A stretch of DNA of 64,000 bases from an uncultured Gammaproteobacteria bacterium (GCA_964599455.1 CAZREA010000001.1:135687-199686); one strand, 5' to 3'. Numbered from the stretch's first letter, positions 37,798 through 47,975 are shown. Notes: generated by a model from the letters alone, not told the origin. Program-made: numbers and translations.

Positions 37798-39177
37798 ATG
37801 TTTACTCTCCTTCGCAATGGACTGATGATCCTTGCCCTTAGCCTCACATTTCTCCCAGTAGGCACACACGCTGCTTGGCTTATGGCTCCACGAAGCCTTG
37901 CCCTAGAAGATGGCGGTACAACCACCGACGACACCACACCCACCCTCACCTGGGTCGCCGCCGATGGCGCAACGTGGTATGACATTAAAATGGACAGTGG
38001 CTCGTATTTAGGAATTGGAAACGTGTTCTCTTATACGCTCGATACGTTAAGTGAAGGATCACATACCGCGTACCTGCGTGCACATAACAATGCCGGCACG
38101 ACAAGTAGCGCAACAACGTTAACGTTTGAAATTGATACCAATGCGTCTGATGGATTCACCGTTGGTCGTATCTCACCCTCAACCGCAACAGAAGATGAAG
38201 AGGTGACGCTCAGCGTTTCAATCTCTGGCGACGAAGTTGTATGGTGCGACCTTTATATTGATGATGAATACATCGATGAAATGGATGAAGAAGATTCGAA
38301 CTCTTTTGTCATCGATTACACCTTCACCAACGACGGTTCATACGACGTATATGCTCTTTGTGGTAATGACGACGATGAAGATGAAGGAACAGCTCGAACC
38401 ATTACCGTTTCCGCAGAAGAAGATACATTCAGCATTCCCGCCGTCACGCCTTCAACGGCTACCGAAGATGAATCGACAACCATCACTGCTCGTCCGTCAG
38501 ATGACGCTGAATGGTGCAGACTGTACGTCAGCGGCAGCAATGTTGGCGAGATGACTGAGCAAAGCAATGGTACCTTTACCAAAAAATACACCTTTACCCG
38601 TGAAGGTTCCTATAAGGTATATGTAACCTGCGAAAGTGAAGATGGTGATACTGTTCGCGGTACCTCGCGCTACATTACGGTACGCAGCGAAGATGATGTT
38701 GACGATGAAGATCTTGAGGGAGAATTAATCAAAATTGCTTGTAGCGCAGGCAACACCGTTTCTGACCCGTGCCGTGCCGTCTACTACTACGGCACTGACG
38801 GCTATCGTCATGCCTTCCCCAACGAAAGCGTGTACTACGACTGGTATGACGATTTCGATGATGTGATCGAAATTAGTTCATCACGCATGGCGTCACTCTC
38901 GATTGGTCGTAACATTACCTATCATCCAGGCAGCGTACTCATATCGTTCCAAACCATTGACGGCGTCTTCGCCATTACGAAGGAACATGTGCTTCATGAG
39001 TACGATACAAACTCCCTTATCCGCAGCGATTGGGGTGAAGACTGGGAAGATGATCTGGTTGAAGTTCCGGTAAGCCTCTACACCAACTACACCATCGGCT
39101 CGGACATCGATAGCTCAAGCGACTACGATCGTGACGATGCCTACGATTCCGTTGATTCGATCAGTGATTTGTTCTAG
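37798..39177 (+). CDS. Secreted acidic surface protein with Ig-like repeats and a CPR-type C-terminal domain
   Basis: Signal peptide; two PSTATEDE...YTFT..GSY.VY..C repeats; LIK...AVYYYG.DG.RHAFPNE..Y..WY.DF. Confidence 0.85.
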   Translation: MFTLLRNGLMILALSLTFLPVGTHAAWLMAPRSLALEDGGTTTDDTTPTLTWVAADGATWYDIKMDSGSYLGIGNVFSYTLDTLSEGSHTAYLRAHNNAGTTSSATTLTFEIDTNASDGFTVGRISPSTATEDEEVTLSVSISGDEVVWCDLYIDDEYIDEMDEEDSNSFVIDYTFTNDGSYDVYALCGNDDDEDEGTARTITVSAEEDTFSIPAVTPSTATEDESTTITARPSDDAEWCRLYVSGSNVGEMTEQSNGTFTKKYTFTREGSYKVYVTCESEDGDTVRGTSRYITVRSEDDVDDEDLEGELIKIACSAGNTVSDPCRAVYYYGTDGYRHAFPNESVYYDWYDDFDDVIEISSSRMASLSIGRNITYHPGSVLISFQTIDGVFAITKEHVLHEYDTNSLIRSDWGEDWEDDLVEVPVSLYTNYTIGSDIDSSSDYDRDDAYDSVDSISDLF

Positions 39178-39185
39178 AAAAAAAT

Positions 39186-39211
39186 AAAGACCATCCATAA
39201 GGGTGGTTTTT
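39186..39211 (+). terminator. Intrinsic terminator
   Basis: GACCATCC-ataa-GGGTGGTT followed by T residues. Confidence 0.65.
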
Positions 39212-39279
39212 ATATTTCCTCATTCAAAATATATTGATAATATTCTTCCGTTAGTAAAGAAAAAACGAGAGATTTTGAT

Positions 39280-39801
39280 ATGCACCAACGTGGAGAATAT
39301 ATCGATATACAAAAAAGTACCCTACATACAATAGGTGAGGTTTTGTTAAAAAACGAAAAGACGCCAACACTTCTTACCCTGGAAATACGCAAACACGGTC
39401 TCTTCACAATCAGTGACAAAGAAGGAAGAATTGTTATTAAGGGCGGAATCGATATGAAGAGATCACGTGCGGGTATACAGCATATTCTTCTTCGGGAAGA
39501 TATTCGTCACATAGGAAATGGTCCGCTTATCATGAATCGCGTTGAAGCTTCTTTACAAGAAATAGGGATAAAAGAAATCTTCGTCGCATTTCGTATACAT
39601 GGTACATTGGACTTTTTCATCAAGTGCGGATATCACATCGTGGAAGCCTCGGCGTTAACATATGAAGAAATGATGGAAATTAACTTCACGGGCATAACAT
39701 TAGAAGAACATGTCGATGCATCATCGTATGAGCAATGGAAACAGAAAGGTTCTCACCTTGATACAGGAGGGAAAATCCTTTTAAGAAAAGTGCTTACATG
39801 A
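39280..39801 (+). CDS. GNAT-family acetyltransferase-like protein
   Basis: RHIGNG motif A; F..K.GY. Confidence 0.7.
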   Translation: MHQRGEYIDIQKSTLHTIGEVLLKNEKTPTLLTLEIRKHGLFTISDKEGRIVIKGGIDMKRSRAGIQHILLREDIRHIGNGPLIMNRVEASLQEIGIKEIFVAFRIHGTLDFFIKCGYHIVEASALTYEEMMEINFTGITLEEHVDASSYEQWKQKGSHLDTGGKILLRKVLT

Positions 39802-39904
39802 TTTTACATAACAATAGCCTCGCCCTAGCTATTAAAAAGGATAGGTGGTATGGTTCGACCTCACACGATGGCAGCCTTTTTAATGGCTCCAAATCCATAC
39901 CTCT

Positions 39905-40042
39905 ATGACCATGACTGATGGCCAAAACACAACGCCGGTAACCGACGACACCACCGCTACCCCCGTTCACGAACCCGTGAAAACACCAGAGCAAATTGCA
40001 GAAGAGAAAAAAGCAGCCGAAGCCGAGAAGGCCGCTGAATAA
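39905..40042 (+). CDS. Small disordered protein (45 aa), absent from the ORF track
   Basis: MTMTDGQNTTPVTDDTTATPVHEPVKTPEQIAEEKKAAEAEKAAE; own terminator at 40052-40081. Confidence 0.55.
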   Translation: MTMTDGQNTTPVTDDTTATPVHEPVKTPEQIAEEKKAAEAEKAAE

Positions 40043-40051
40043 GACCCGTTT

Positions 40052-40081
40052 AAAAGCTCTCACTATTTGGTGAGAGCTTTT
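40052..40081 (+). terminator. Intrinsic terminator
   Basis: AAAAGCTCTCAC/GTGAGAGCTTTT. Confidence 0.85.
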
Positions 40082-40105
40082 GTTATTTTATAAGAAAATG
40101 CTACG

Positions 40106-41356
40106 ATGAATGGCGATATGCGTATTGCAATTATTGGCGGCGGAGCAGCGGGTATGATGTGCGGTGCCACACTGTTACAACGACATCCTTCGGCAGAAAT
40201 CTTTCTTCTTGACCGCAACGATGGATTAGGAAAGAAAGTCATTATCTCAGGTGGCGGGCGTTGCAATGTCACCACTGGCATTCATGACATTAAGACTGTA
40301 CTCAAAAAATATCCACGCGGCGAGAAGTTTCTCACCTCAGCCATGTACGCCTTTCCACCCGAAACAGTCTACAACTGGTTTGAGTCGCATGGCGTTCCGC
40401 TCAAGACACAGACAGATGAACGCGTCTTCCCTGTTTCTGATAATGGCAAAGATATTGTCGGCGTCTTTGAGAAACTCTTTGCCGAATCAGGAGTAAATGT
40501 ATTGCTAAAAACTGCGGTCACGCACGTCGAGAAAAAAGAGGGAAAGTTTTTTCTCTCTTGCAAAAATAATCCCGTACCTCTGGCGGTTGATGTTCTCGTC
40601 CTCACCACCGGAGGACAAGCCTATCGCCAAACCGGCTCAACCGGTGATGGCTACGCCTTTGCCGCAGCACTCGGGCACAGCATCACCCCCCTTGCACCAA
40701 GCCTCAACGCCTTCTTTACCAAAGAAACCTGGCCCGCACGCATTTCTGGCTTGTCGTTCACGAGCGCATCCATTACCGCCAAACGCGGTAAACATCCTTC
40801 CTTTACCGGACCTTTCTTATTTACGCACAAAGGTGTGAGCGGTCCTGCAGTTTTTGCCCTGTCGTCACTTGTAGCATTTGAAACATATAATGCTCAGCAG
40901 CCACTCGACATTCGCATCGACCTCTTCCCCTCGCAATCCATCGATGCACTGAGCGCAGACATTACTCAGCTTGCCAAAAATCATCCGCACAAAATATTCA
41001 GCAACGTGGTCGCTATGGGCATTCCTCAATCACTGGCTGATATCGCGCTCGAAGAAACCGATATTTCCAAAACGAAACGCGCGAACGAAATCGCCAAGAA
41101 AGAGATGCATCGTCTGTGTCTGTGGTTAAAAGGCATTCCCTTATCGGTAATCCAGCGTGGTGCAGGCGATGAATTTGTGACGGCGGGCGGAGTATCTTTA
41201 GCAGAAGTTGATCCGCGTACGATGCAATCGAAGATATGTCCAGGGCTCTTTTTTGCAGGAGAGATTCTTGACGTTGATGGTTTTACGGGCGGTTTTAATT
41301 TGCAAGCATCCTGGGCAACCGGGCATCTCGCCGGTTCACACATCGACATGCTATAA
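40106..41356 (+). CDS. HI0933/BaiN/YhiN-family flavoprotein
   Basis: GGGAAG, GKK..ISGGGRCN.T, RVFP.S, GSTGDGY, LFTH.GVSGP, VTAGGV, GE.LDVDG.TGGFNLQ. Confidence 0.93.
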   Translation: MNGDMRIAIIGGGAAGMMCGATLLQRHPSAEIFLLDRNDGLGKKVIISGGGRCNVTTGIHDIKTVLKKYPRGEKFLTSAMYAFPPETVYNWFESHGVPLKTQTDERVFPVSDNGKDIVGVFEKLFAESGVNVLLKTAVTHVEKKEGKFFLSCKNNPVPLAVDVLVLTTGGQAYRQTGSTGDGYAFAAALGHSITPLAPSLNAFFTKETWPARISGLSFTSASITAKRGKHPSFTGPFLFTHKGVSGPAVFALSSLVAFETYNAQQPLDIRIDLFPSQSIDALSADITQLAKNHPHKIFSNVVAMGIPQSLADIALEETDISKTKRANEIAKKEMHRLCLWLKGIPLSVIQRGAGDEFVTAGGVSLAEVDPRTMQSKICPGLFFAGEILDVDGFTGGFNLQASWATGHLAGSHIDML

Positions 41357-41387
41357 TATATCTATATTCATTCTTCATTTTTCTTCT

Positions 41388-41453
41388 ATGGCCAAAGGAA
41401 CCGGCATGCGCAAAGAAACTAAAAAACCCAAAAAGAACGCAAAGAAAAAATAA
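41388..41453 (+). CDS. 21-aa Lys-rich peptide MAKGTGMRKETKKPKKNAKKK
   Basis: Extended -10 TGcTATAAT (41349-41357) upstream; terminator immediately downstream. Confidence 0.55.
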   Translation: MAKGTGMRKETKKPKKNAKKK

Positions 41454-41460
41454 GAAAATA

Positions 41461-41492
41461 AAAAGACGCCGCAACACTGCGGCGTCTTTTTT
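41461..41492. terminator. Bidirectional terminator
   Basis: AAAAGACGCCGCA/TGCGGCGTCTTTT. Confidence 0.9.
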
Positions 41493-41501
41493 GTATAAAC
41501 T

Positions 41502-43268
41502 TTAGCTTTTTCTCTTACCATGCGAGAGCATTTCCACCGCATGTTCCATTGAGCCCGCGGGAATGATTTCTCCATTATTGACGAAAAAGATTTCGTCAGC
41601 ATTTTCAATAGTGTTCAAACGATGAGCGATGATGACACGTGTAGTAGTTGCAGGAAGCTTTTGCAAAATCTCTTCAAGAATCTGTTCAGTGACCGTATCG
41701 ATATTCGCCGTGGCTTCGTCGAGAATAAGAAGTTCCGGTTCGCGCAAAACCGCACGAGCAAAGGCAATGATTTGCCGCTGACCTAAGCTGAGCGTATCGC
41801 CAGATGTCTGTACGGGCGTTTCCAAGCCTTGGTCAAAACGCTCCAAGAGCACATCTAAGTGATGTTCTTTTAAGACCTTAGTTAATTCTTCTCCTGTCAG
41901 CTCACTGTATTTTTGATTGGCGTACAAAATATTCTCTTTTACTGTGCCTGTGAAGAGAAATGGTTCTTGCAAAATAAACCCGATCTTTTGTACACGCTCT
42001 GCGGGCGTATAGGTTCGGATATCTTTGCCACCAAGGAAGATTTTGCCTTCGGTTGCATCGAAGATGCGAGCCATAAGTGAAGCCGTGGTGGTTTTTCCGC
42101 CACCTGTTGGACCAACAAGTGCATACGTCTTCCCTTTTGCCAGTGCAAAACTGATGCCATGCAAAACCTCTTTGCCATTGGGGTAACGGAAATGCACATC
42201 TTTAAATCGCAACACACTGTCATCTGAATGCATTTCTCCTTGATCAACTGGCACTACGGTCAAATCGTTTTCCATTGCCAAAATCGCCGTAATGCGATCC
42301 CAACCAGCCAGCGCCGTTTGAAAGTTTGCCCACAACGAAGCGAGTTGTCGCAGCGGATTGTAGAAGTTATTGATGTAAGTGAGATAACTGATGAGTAATC
42401 CAAGAGTAAAGTGACCCTGTATGATGAGATACACACCAAAAGCAACCACAATGAGCTGTGCCACGGTAGCGGCAAAGCTGTAAATAGGAACAAAGAAGGT
42501 GTTGGCAATGCCCGCACCGATTGCCGAATGATAGTTAGCCACGTTCGTTTCCTCAAAACGCTGACGGAAATAATCACGGCGATTAAAAGCAACAATCACT
42601 TTAAAATTGTTAAGGCTCTCCTGAATCTCTGCACTGATATTACCCGTACTCTTCAAACTTTCAGCGTTTTTCCGCTTAATCCAGGCCGTGAGCAATCGCG
42701 TAAACACGATGATACCTACCGCTGGCAATAATGAAGCCGCTCCCAATTCAACGTTGATCACAAGCAAAAAGATGCCCGCACCAGCCATGATGAACAGACT
42801 TCCCAAAAACTGCATGAGTGACTGCGAAAAGAATTGATTAATCTTTTCGGTGTCATTGTTAATACGAGAAATCAAATCACCTGTCTTATTTTCATTGAAA
42901 AAGGCGACTGGCAATTCCTGTAGCTTCGCAAATACCGTACCACGCAAACGATAAAGCATGCGCTGGCTCGCACTACCCATCCATTGCGTTTGCAAGTAGC
43001 TTGCAACTAAACCAACTCCATACAACACAAGCAAGAGGAGCGAAAAACGAAGCACGCCGTCGTACTGACGAGTAAGCACATAGGTATCAACAGTGTAACC
43101 AACAATAAATGGTCCGACCAAGTTGATAAGCGTATTCACGAGAAGTGCAGCAAACGCCCACAGCAAATGAATCTTTTCTTCACGCAACAACGGCCCCAAG
43201 CTTTTGAGGCTGGCAAGCGTGCTTTTCTTTTTATCCGAATCGGTTGGAGTATTAAGCGTGTACTTCAT
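41502..43268 (-). CDS. ABC exporter, fused TMD-NBD subunit B
   Basis: GPTGGGKTT, LSLGQRQ, LILDEATANID, IAHRL. Confidence 0.93.
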   Translation of the reverse strand: MKYTLNTPTDSDKKKSTLASLKSLGPLLREEKIHLLWAFAALLVNTLINLVGPFIVGYTVDTYVLTRQYDGVLRFSLLLLVLYGVGLVASYLQTQWMGSASQRMLYRLRGTVFAKLQELPVAFFNENKTGDLISRINNDTEKINQFFSQSLMQFLGSLFIMAGAGIFLLVINVELGAASLLPAVGIIVFTRLLTAWIKRKNAESLKSTGNISAEIQESLNNFKVIVAFNRRDYFRQRFEETNVANYHSAIGAGIANTFFVPIYSFAATVAQLIVVAFGVYLIIQGHFTLGLLISYLTYINNFYNPLRQLASLWANFQTALAGWDRITAILAMENDLTVVPVDQGEMHSDDSVLRFKDVHFRYPNGKEVLHGISFALAKGKTYALVGPTGGGKTTTASLMARIFDATEGKIFLGGKDIRTYTPAERVQKIGFILQEPFLFTGTVKENILYANQKYSELTGEELTKVLKEHHLDVLLERFDQGLETPVQTSGDTLSLGQRQIIAFARAVLREPELLILDEATANIDTVTEQILEEILQKLPATTTRVIIAHRLNTIENADEIFFVNNGEIIPAGSMEHAVEMLSHGKRKS

Positions 43269-44991
43269 AGTGATTGGTGCTGCGTTGAGATTCGTAAATT
43301 TGGACGTATTCAGGTGAAGATTCAAGGAGTTCTGCGTGTGTGCCCTTGGCAAGCACTTCGCCTTCCATCAGCAAGACAATCTCGTCATAGTGTTCAACTG
43401 ATGCAATTTTCTGTGTCACCGAAACCAAGGTTAGCTCAGGATAATTCTGAGTAATATTTGCTAAGATTCGTTGTTCGGTCGGTCCATCAACACGTGCGGT
43501 AAAGTCATCGAGCAACAGTACTTTGGGATTAAGTGCGAGTGCTCGAGCAAGCATCACGCGCTGCTTTTGTCCGCCCGACAAACTGGTGCCGCGCTCGGAC
43601 ACCACCGTATTCAATCCTTCTGGCAAGGTCGCAACAAAGTCAGAGAGCTCGGCGGTATCAATCGCCTTTTGCAACATCTCGTCCGTGACCGAATCGCCAA
43701 AAGCAATATTGTCGCGAATGCTTAAGTTAAAAAGGACGCTGTCCTGAAAGACAAATCCGATCTGCCGATGTAATGACTCGGAATCGTAGGTCGCAATCGG
43801 TTGCCCATCATATAAAATCGTTCCCGACGTCGGCTCGGTTAAAGCCGTCAACAAATACAGGAGTTGCGTTTTACCAGCCGCAGTCGGTCCGATAATCGCC
43901 GTCTTTTTTCCTGCTGCAACCACAAAGGAAACATGCTGCAAAGCCGCTTTTTCGCCGTACATAACCGTCACATCCCTCACTTCGATGTCGCCATGAAGTT
44001 CTTTCTTTACTGTTCCCTTTTCTCCTTCTTCTTTCGCCTCAAGAACATCGACGATGCGTTGGTACGACACACCGGCTTGCGACATGACACTCATCATAAA
44101 ACCGATGATGAAAATGGGAAAAATAAGAATAGCAACATAGCTCGTGAAAGCCGCAAAATCACCAATCGTCACGGTACCGTTCATCACGTAATGTCCACCT
44201 AAGAGCAAAATAATGAGCGTACCGGCATTAGCCACAAAGGTGACAATGGGAATCATGGCCGCAAAGTGACCAAGAATTTTCAAACCCAAATCGCGTGCAT
44301 TCGCATTAGCGGCACCAAATTTGCTGTGCTCATTTTCCTGCCCGTGCAACACCCGGATAAGTGCTGAGCCCAAAATACTTTCGTTAATGACTTTATTCAG
44401 TCGATCAAGCACATCACGACTTTGCATGAACAGTGTTTTGACTTTGCCGAAAATAATGAAAAATGTGGCGGTAATAATGGGAATAATCACAAGAACCGCC
44501 AGGCCAAGCTTCACATTAATCACCAACAGCATGATGCTGGTACCAATGATAATGACCAATGACGATAACAACGATGCAATCACCTGTGCCACAAAAAGCT
44601 TGACTGCGTCAATGTCGGCCGTGAGATAAGTAAGCAACTTAGCCGGATCAGTTTTCTGCACGAAGAGATAGCTGCTTTGCGAAATCTTTGCCGAAAGTTT
44701 CGTACGCAAATCACGTGCGACTTTTTCTGAGGCATACGTCTGAACGATATTTTGCACAATCGTCAACACAAAGATAGCCAACGCCAAACCAACGAATTGC
44801 CAAATGGTTGTCTCATAAGAAAACACTCCTTGTGCAAAAGCATCAATCGCATCAGCGATGACATGCGGAAAAAGAAGGTTTAATCCATTGCCCGCCAAGG
44901 TCACTACCACAAGGAGTGCAACCATGGCCCGATATGGCTGCAAGAGAGAAAAGATGGAAGGTTGGGGAGAAGCTTTTATCGGTTGCTGCAT
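43252..44991 (-). CDS. ABC exporter, fused TMD-NBD subunit A (degenerate site)
   Basis: GPTAAGKT, LSGGQKQR, LLLDDFTARVD, TQK; heterodimeric exporter pattern. Confidence 0.93.
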   Translation of the reverse strand: MQQPIKASPQPSIFSLLQPYRAMVALLVVVTLAGNGLNLLFPHVIADAIDAFAQGVFSYETTIWQFVGLALAIFVLTIVQNIVQTYASEKVARDLRTKLSAKISQSSYLFVQKTDPAKLLTYLTADIDAVKLFVAQVIASLLSSLVIIIGTSIMLLVINVKLGLAVLVIIPIITATFFIIFGKVKTLFMQSRDVLDRLNKVINESILGSALIRVLHGQENEHSKFGAANANARDLGLKILGHFAAMIPIVTFVANAGTLIILLLGGHYVMNGTVTIGDFAAFTSYVAILIFPIFIIGFMMSVMSQAGVSYQRIVDVLEAKEEGEKGTVKKELHGDIEVRDVTVMYGEKAALQHVSFVVAAGKKTAIIGPTAAGKTQLLYLLTALTEPTSGTILYDGQPIATYDSESLHRQIGFVFQDSVLFNLSIRDNIAFGDSVTDEMLQKAIDTAELSDFVATLPEGLNTVVSERGTSLSGGQKQRVMLARALALNPKVLLLDDFTARVDGPTEQRILANITQNYPELTLVSVTQKIASVEHYDEIVLLMEGEVLAKGTHAELLESSPEYVQIYESQRSTNHYEVHA

Positions 44992-45425
44992 ACTGTCTGC
45001 CAATGATCAATAATCTTTTCTTGAAGACGCAGAATGTGAACGACTTCCCTGTCTGACAAAGGATCAAGTAAAATCTTCATCTTTTGTAAACGATGCTGCT
45101 TTGCCTGGAGCAACATTTTTTTACCTTCAGCCGTTAACTGTAAACATATTTTTCGTCGATCATCCTCATCTTCCTTTCGTTGCAGCAGATTACTTTTTAC
45201 CAAACCATTCACGAGCTGCGTCGCTGCACTTGAAGTCATACCAAACTGCTGTGCAATGTCCTTAACAGTTTGCGCATCTCCTTGATTAATAAGAAAAAGC
45301 ACCTGCAACTGTGCCCGCGGAGGCAACGCCCGTGAACCCTTTTGCATTTTACGTTGCATTATGCCAATTCGCATAAGCGTATCCAGGCTTTGCGAAAGCG
45401 CGTGGAGTAAGTCTTTTCTTTTCAC
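44976..45425 (-). CDS. MarR family regulator
   Basis: Q..VL..I, T.SA.TQLV..LV...LL.R.ED..DRR...L.LT..G. Confidence 0.92.
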   Translation of the reverse strand: MKRKDLLHALSQSLDTLMRIGIMQRKMQKGSRALPPRAQLQVLFLINQGDAQTVKDIAQQFGMTSSAATQLVNGLVKSNLLQRKEDEDDRRKICLQLTAEGKKMLLQAKQHRLQKMKILLDPLSDREVVHILRLQEKIIDHWQTVCSNR

Positions 45426-45437
45426 AATATGATGATA

Positions 45438-45478
45438 AAGTATCTTACTATATTAGATACTTATCTATCTTCTGTCAA
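45438..45478 (-). promoter_or_regulatory. marR operon promoter with palindromic operator
   Basis: TTGACA-17 bp-TAATAT; AAGTATCT-N9-AGATACTT overlaps the -10. Confidence 0.75.
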
Positions 45479-45512
45479 GAAAAATCCGTTCTTTTTTTGA
45501 TACTTTCATACT

Positions 45513-45541
45513 TTGACAAATTGGCTAATACATGCTATATT
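45513..45541 (+). promoter_or_regulatory. Sigma70 promoter of the 62-aa orphan
   Basis: TTGACA-17 bp-TATATT with TGn. Confidence 0.7.
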
Positions 45542-45611
45542 TCTTCGTTACAATTCACAGTCATAACACCATCAATCTTCCGTTCTTCAGGAAGTAAAAG
45601 CAAGGAGTCTC

Positions 45612-45800
45612 ATGCGACAAAAATTTGAAGATCTGTGGGATAATTGGAAAGAAATGCCGCCCGTGGAGCGAGTGGCAAGACTCATGGCGCTGAAAGATGC
45701 GCCCACAGGTATCAACTGCGTGACCGTAAGCTGGATCGAGAAGAAGTATAAGGAGTACCTTCCTTATGCCGAAGCGATCGTCGCCGAGGTCGGAAAATAG
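45612..45800 (+). CDS. Small hypothetical protein
   Basis: SD AAGGAG, own promoter, hairpin at 45808-45865. Confidence 0.7.
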   Translation: MRQKFEDLWDNWKEMPPVERVARLMALKDAPTGINCVTVSWIEKKYKEYLPYAEAIVAEVGK

Positions 45801-45897
45801 CTACGTAACCCCATCACTTTGCTCGTCTCTCCTTGAGGCGACGGGTGATGGGGTCACTGTTTTTATATGCAGACAATAGACTATACTTTTCTGATAT

Positions 45898-46971
45898 ATG
45901 CCCGAAAAAAAATTGTATATTCCGATTGAGAATCTTGAGGTTGAAGCCTGTATGCAGGTGGGCAATATTATCATCCATCCCAGTAAAGATGCGTCCCAAG
46001 TCCTCACTGCCATGGAAAAAGTTCTCCAAAAGACTCGCTCAACAAACGCAGAAAAAGAACGAAAAGCACAAAGCACACGAGAAGATATAGCCACCCATTT
46101 CGGGAAACATGCTTTTGCCGAGGCTTTAATTCACGAAGAAAACAACGGCAAGGATACTTTTCTTATTCCCAAAGAACTCGATCGTACCTATCGCCATATC
46201 AGAGAAGCACTGGCCGTACTTTTTCTTTTTGAGAAAGAAGTTGCTGGCACGGCAACACTTGAACATCAAAAATTTGGACTAAAACAGGATCTCCATAAGG
46301 CGCTCACGTTTATGGTTGCTCTTGAAGGAGAAAAACGATCCGCGCAAACGCTTCGATGGGAAGGAGCAATTGCAGATTGGACATTCACTCATAAAGCCAT
46401 AGAAGATTTTACTACATCAAAACGTTATCAATTTTTACATACTCTTCTTACCAAAGAAGACAAAACTGATATTGAGAAACGCATCCTTTCGGCACTGCTA
46501 TGGTTCTATGAGGCCTCGCTGGATTTCAATTACACCAATCGCTTTGTAAAAATAATCATCGCGCTCGAAGGATTATTCGCATCTCAAAAAGAGAAAAAGA
46601 TTTTTAGTTTATCGCAAACATCGACGCTTTTATCGCACGCCTTTATTTTGCCACATCTACACTGCCAATGTCCCATTCTCAAATCTTCTTCAGCAAGAAG
46701 TTACGACAAAAAAACAGAAGAGCAAAAGCTCCCTGGCCACTGTTCAGCCTACCGTGATATGGAACGCTGGTATTGTATACGTAATGCTATTGTGCATGAT
46801 GCGCATTACGGCGTTGAGAAAAAAGATCTCGCCTCTTTAGAGTGGTGGACATATCAATTTCTTATCAAAACCATTGATCTTACTTCGACGTATCATTTCT
46901 CTACTATTACGGACTTTGATGATTTTTTGGTGAAGACGTACACTGATCTCTGTAAGAAAAATCCACTATGA
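45898..46971 (+). CDS. HEPN-domain protein (ApeA-like)
   Basis: AL.WF..A....RF...IIALEGLF and the RNAIVH (Rx4H) motif. Confidence 0.75.
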   Translation: MPEKKLYIPIENLEVEACMQVGNIIIHPSKDASQVLTAMEKVLQKTRSTNAEKERKAQSTREDIATHFGKHAFAEALIHEENNGKDTFLIPKELDRTYRHIREALAVLFLFEKEVAGTATLEHQKFGLKQDLHKALTFMVALEGEKRSAQTLRWEGAIADWTFTHKAIEDFTTSKRYQFLHTLLTKEDKTDIEKRILSALLWFYEASLDFNYTNRFVKIIIALEGLFASQKEKKIFSLSQTSTLLSHAFILPHLHCQCPILKSSSARSYDKKTEEQKLPGHCSAYRDMERWYCIRNAIVHDAHYGVEKKDLASLEWWTYQFLIKTIDLTSTYHFSTITDFDDFLVKTYTDLCKKNPL

Positions 46972-47500
46972 AGCTTTCGCTCATCATCATCGACGGGCCC
47001 ATGGGATCGGGAAAGACGACCGTCTCTTCCCTCCTGCATCCAAAACTCAAACGCACTGCCTGGATAGGACTCGATCGTATTAAATGGTTTGTTTCTGATT
47101 TTCGTCGATCAAAAAAGATAATGCCATCACCAAGCAGATTCTGCTCGCCATGTGCGAATCGTATCTTTCACAAGGCATAAGCATTTTGCTCGATCAGGCA
47201 ATGCGAGACGAAACGAAAGCAATCTTCTTGAAACTCGCGCAAAAATATCAGGCACAAGTTTTTCAATTTCATCTTACCGCTCCGCGTGATGTGTTACTCG
47301 ATCGCCTGAGTAAACGTCCCAAAGCCGCACTTGCTAAAACGCCCATTCCTCAATCCCGCATTTTAAAAAATCTCCGCATTCATGCAAAGCAAACACATGA
47401 CGATGCAATCACTATTGATTCATCAATAAGAACGCCGGAGGAAATCGCTATGCAAATCACAAAAGATCTTGCTAAAATGCGTGCATCATCACAAAGATAA
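46968..47500 (+). CDS. AAA_33/AAA_18-like P-loop kinase; frameshift at A6 47111-47116
   Basis: GPMGSGKTT; second half L.AP.DVLL.RL..R. One extra A gives 177 aa. Confidence 0.8.
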
Positions 47501-47507
47501 CCGTTGT

Positions 47508-47966
47508 ATGTCTTTACCTCGCTCAGAATCACTTCATCTCCATGGAGAACGAGAACGTCTGATTGACATGTTTCTTCATCAAGATATTTTTATACCTGAA
47601 ATATTGTATAAACCCGATCAAAGTACTCCGCGAACGCGAGAAGTAACATGGGGAACCATTGCGTGCCAAGAAGGTATCGCTACAAAAATACTCAGACATG
47701 TCGGTATAACCAAAGAAGATATCGAAAAACGAGTAACAACGCTTAAAAAAGCAGGAGATCAGCGAATCGAAACAAAATCTATCACTCCCGCCTATAAAAC
47801 AGTAGATATTTCTACTCTTTCCTTGCAACACGAAAGCTTTTTAGAAGAACTTGAAAAAATCGATCCGGAAAATACCGAAATCATGCAATACATTATCTCA
47901 TCTCGAACAGTATTTGATCAGTGGTTCAAAATTGCGCAACGTCTTTTTAGCAAAGGGGAAGCTTAA
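47508..47966 (+). CDS. Hypothetical protein
   Basis: Host-like ORF. Confidence 0.6.
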   Translation: MSLPRSESLHLHGERERLIDMFLHQDIFIPEILYKPDQSTPRTREVTWGTIACQEGIATKILRHVGITKEDIEKRVTTLKKAGDQRIETKSITPAYKTVDISTLSLQHESFLEELEKIDPENTEIMQYIISSRTVFDQWFKIAQRLFSKGEA

Positions 47967-47975
47967 AATTCTTAT

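Noticed and set aside
45612-46971. 62-aa ORF plus HEPN gene as a toxin-antitoxin pair
   Set aside because: Separated by a terminator-like hairpin, and the small ORF has no MNT or DNA-binding signature.
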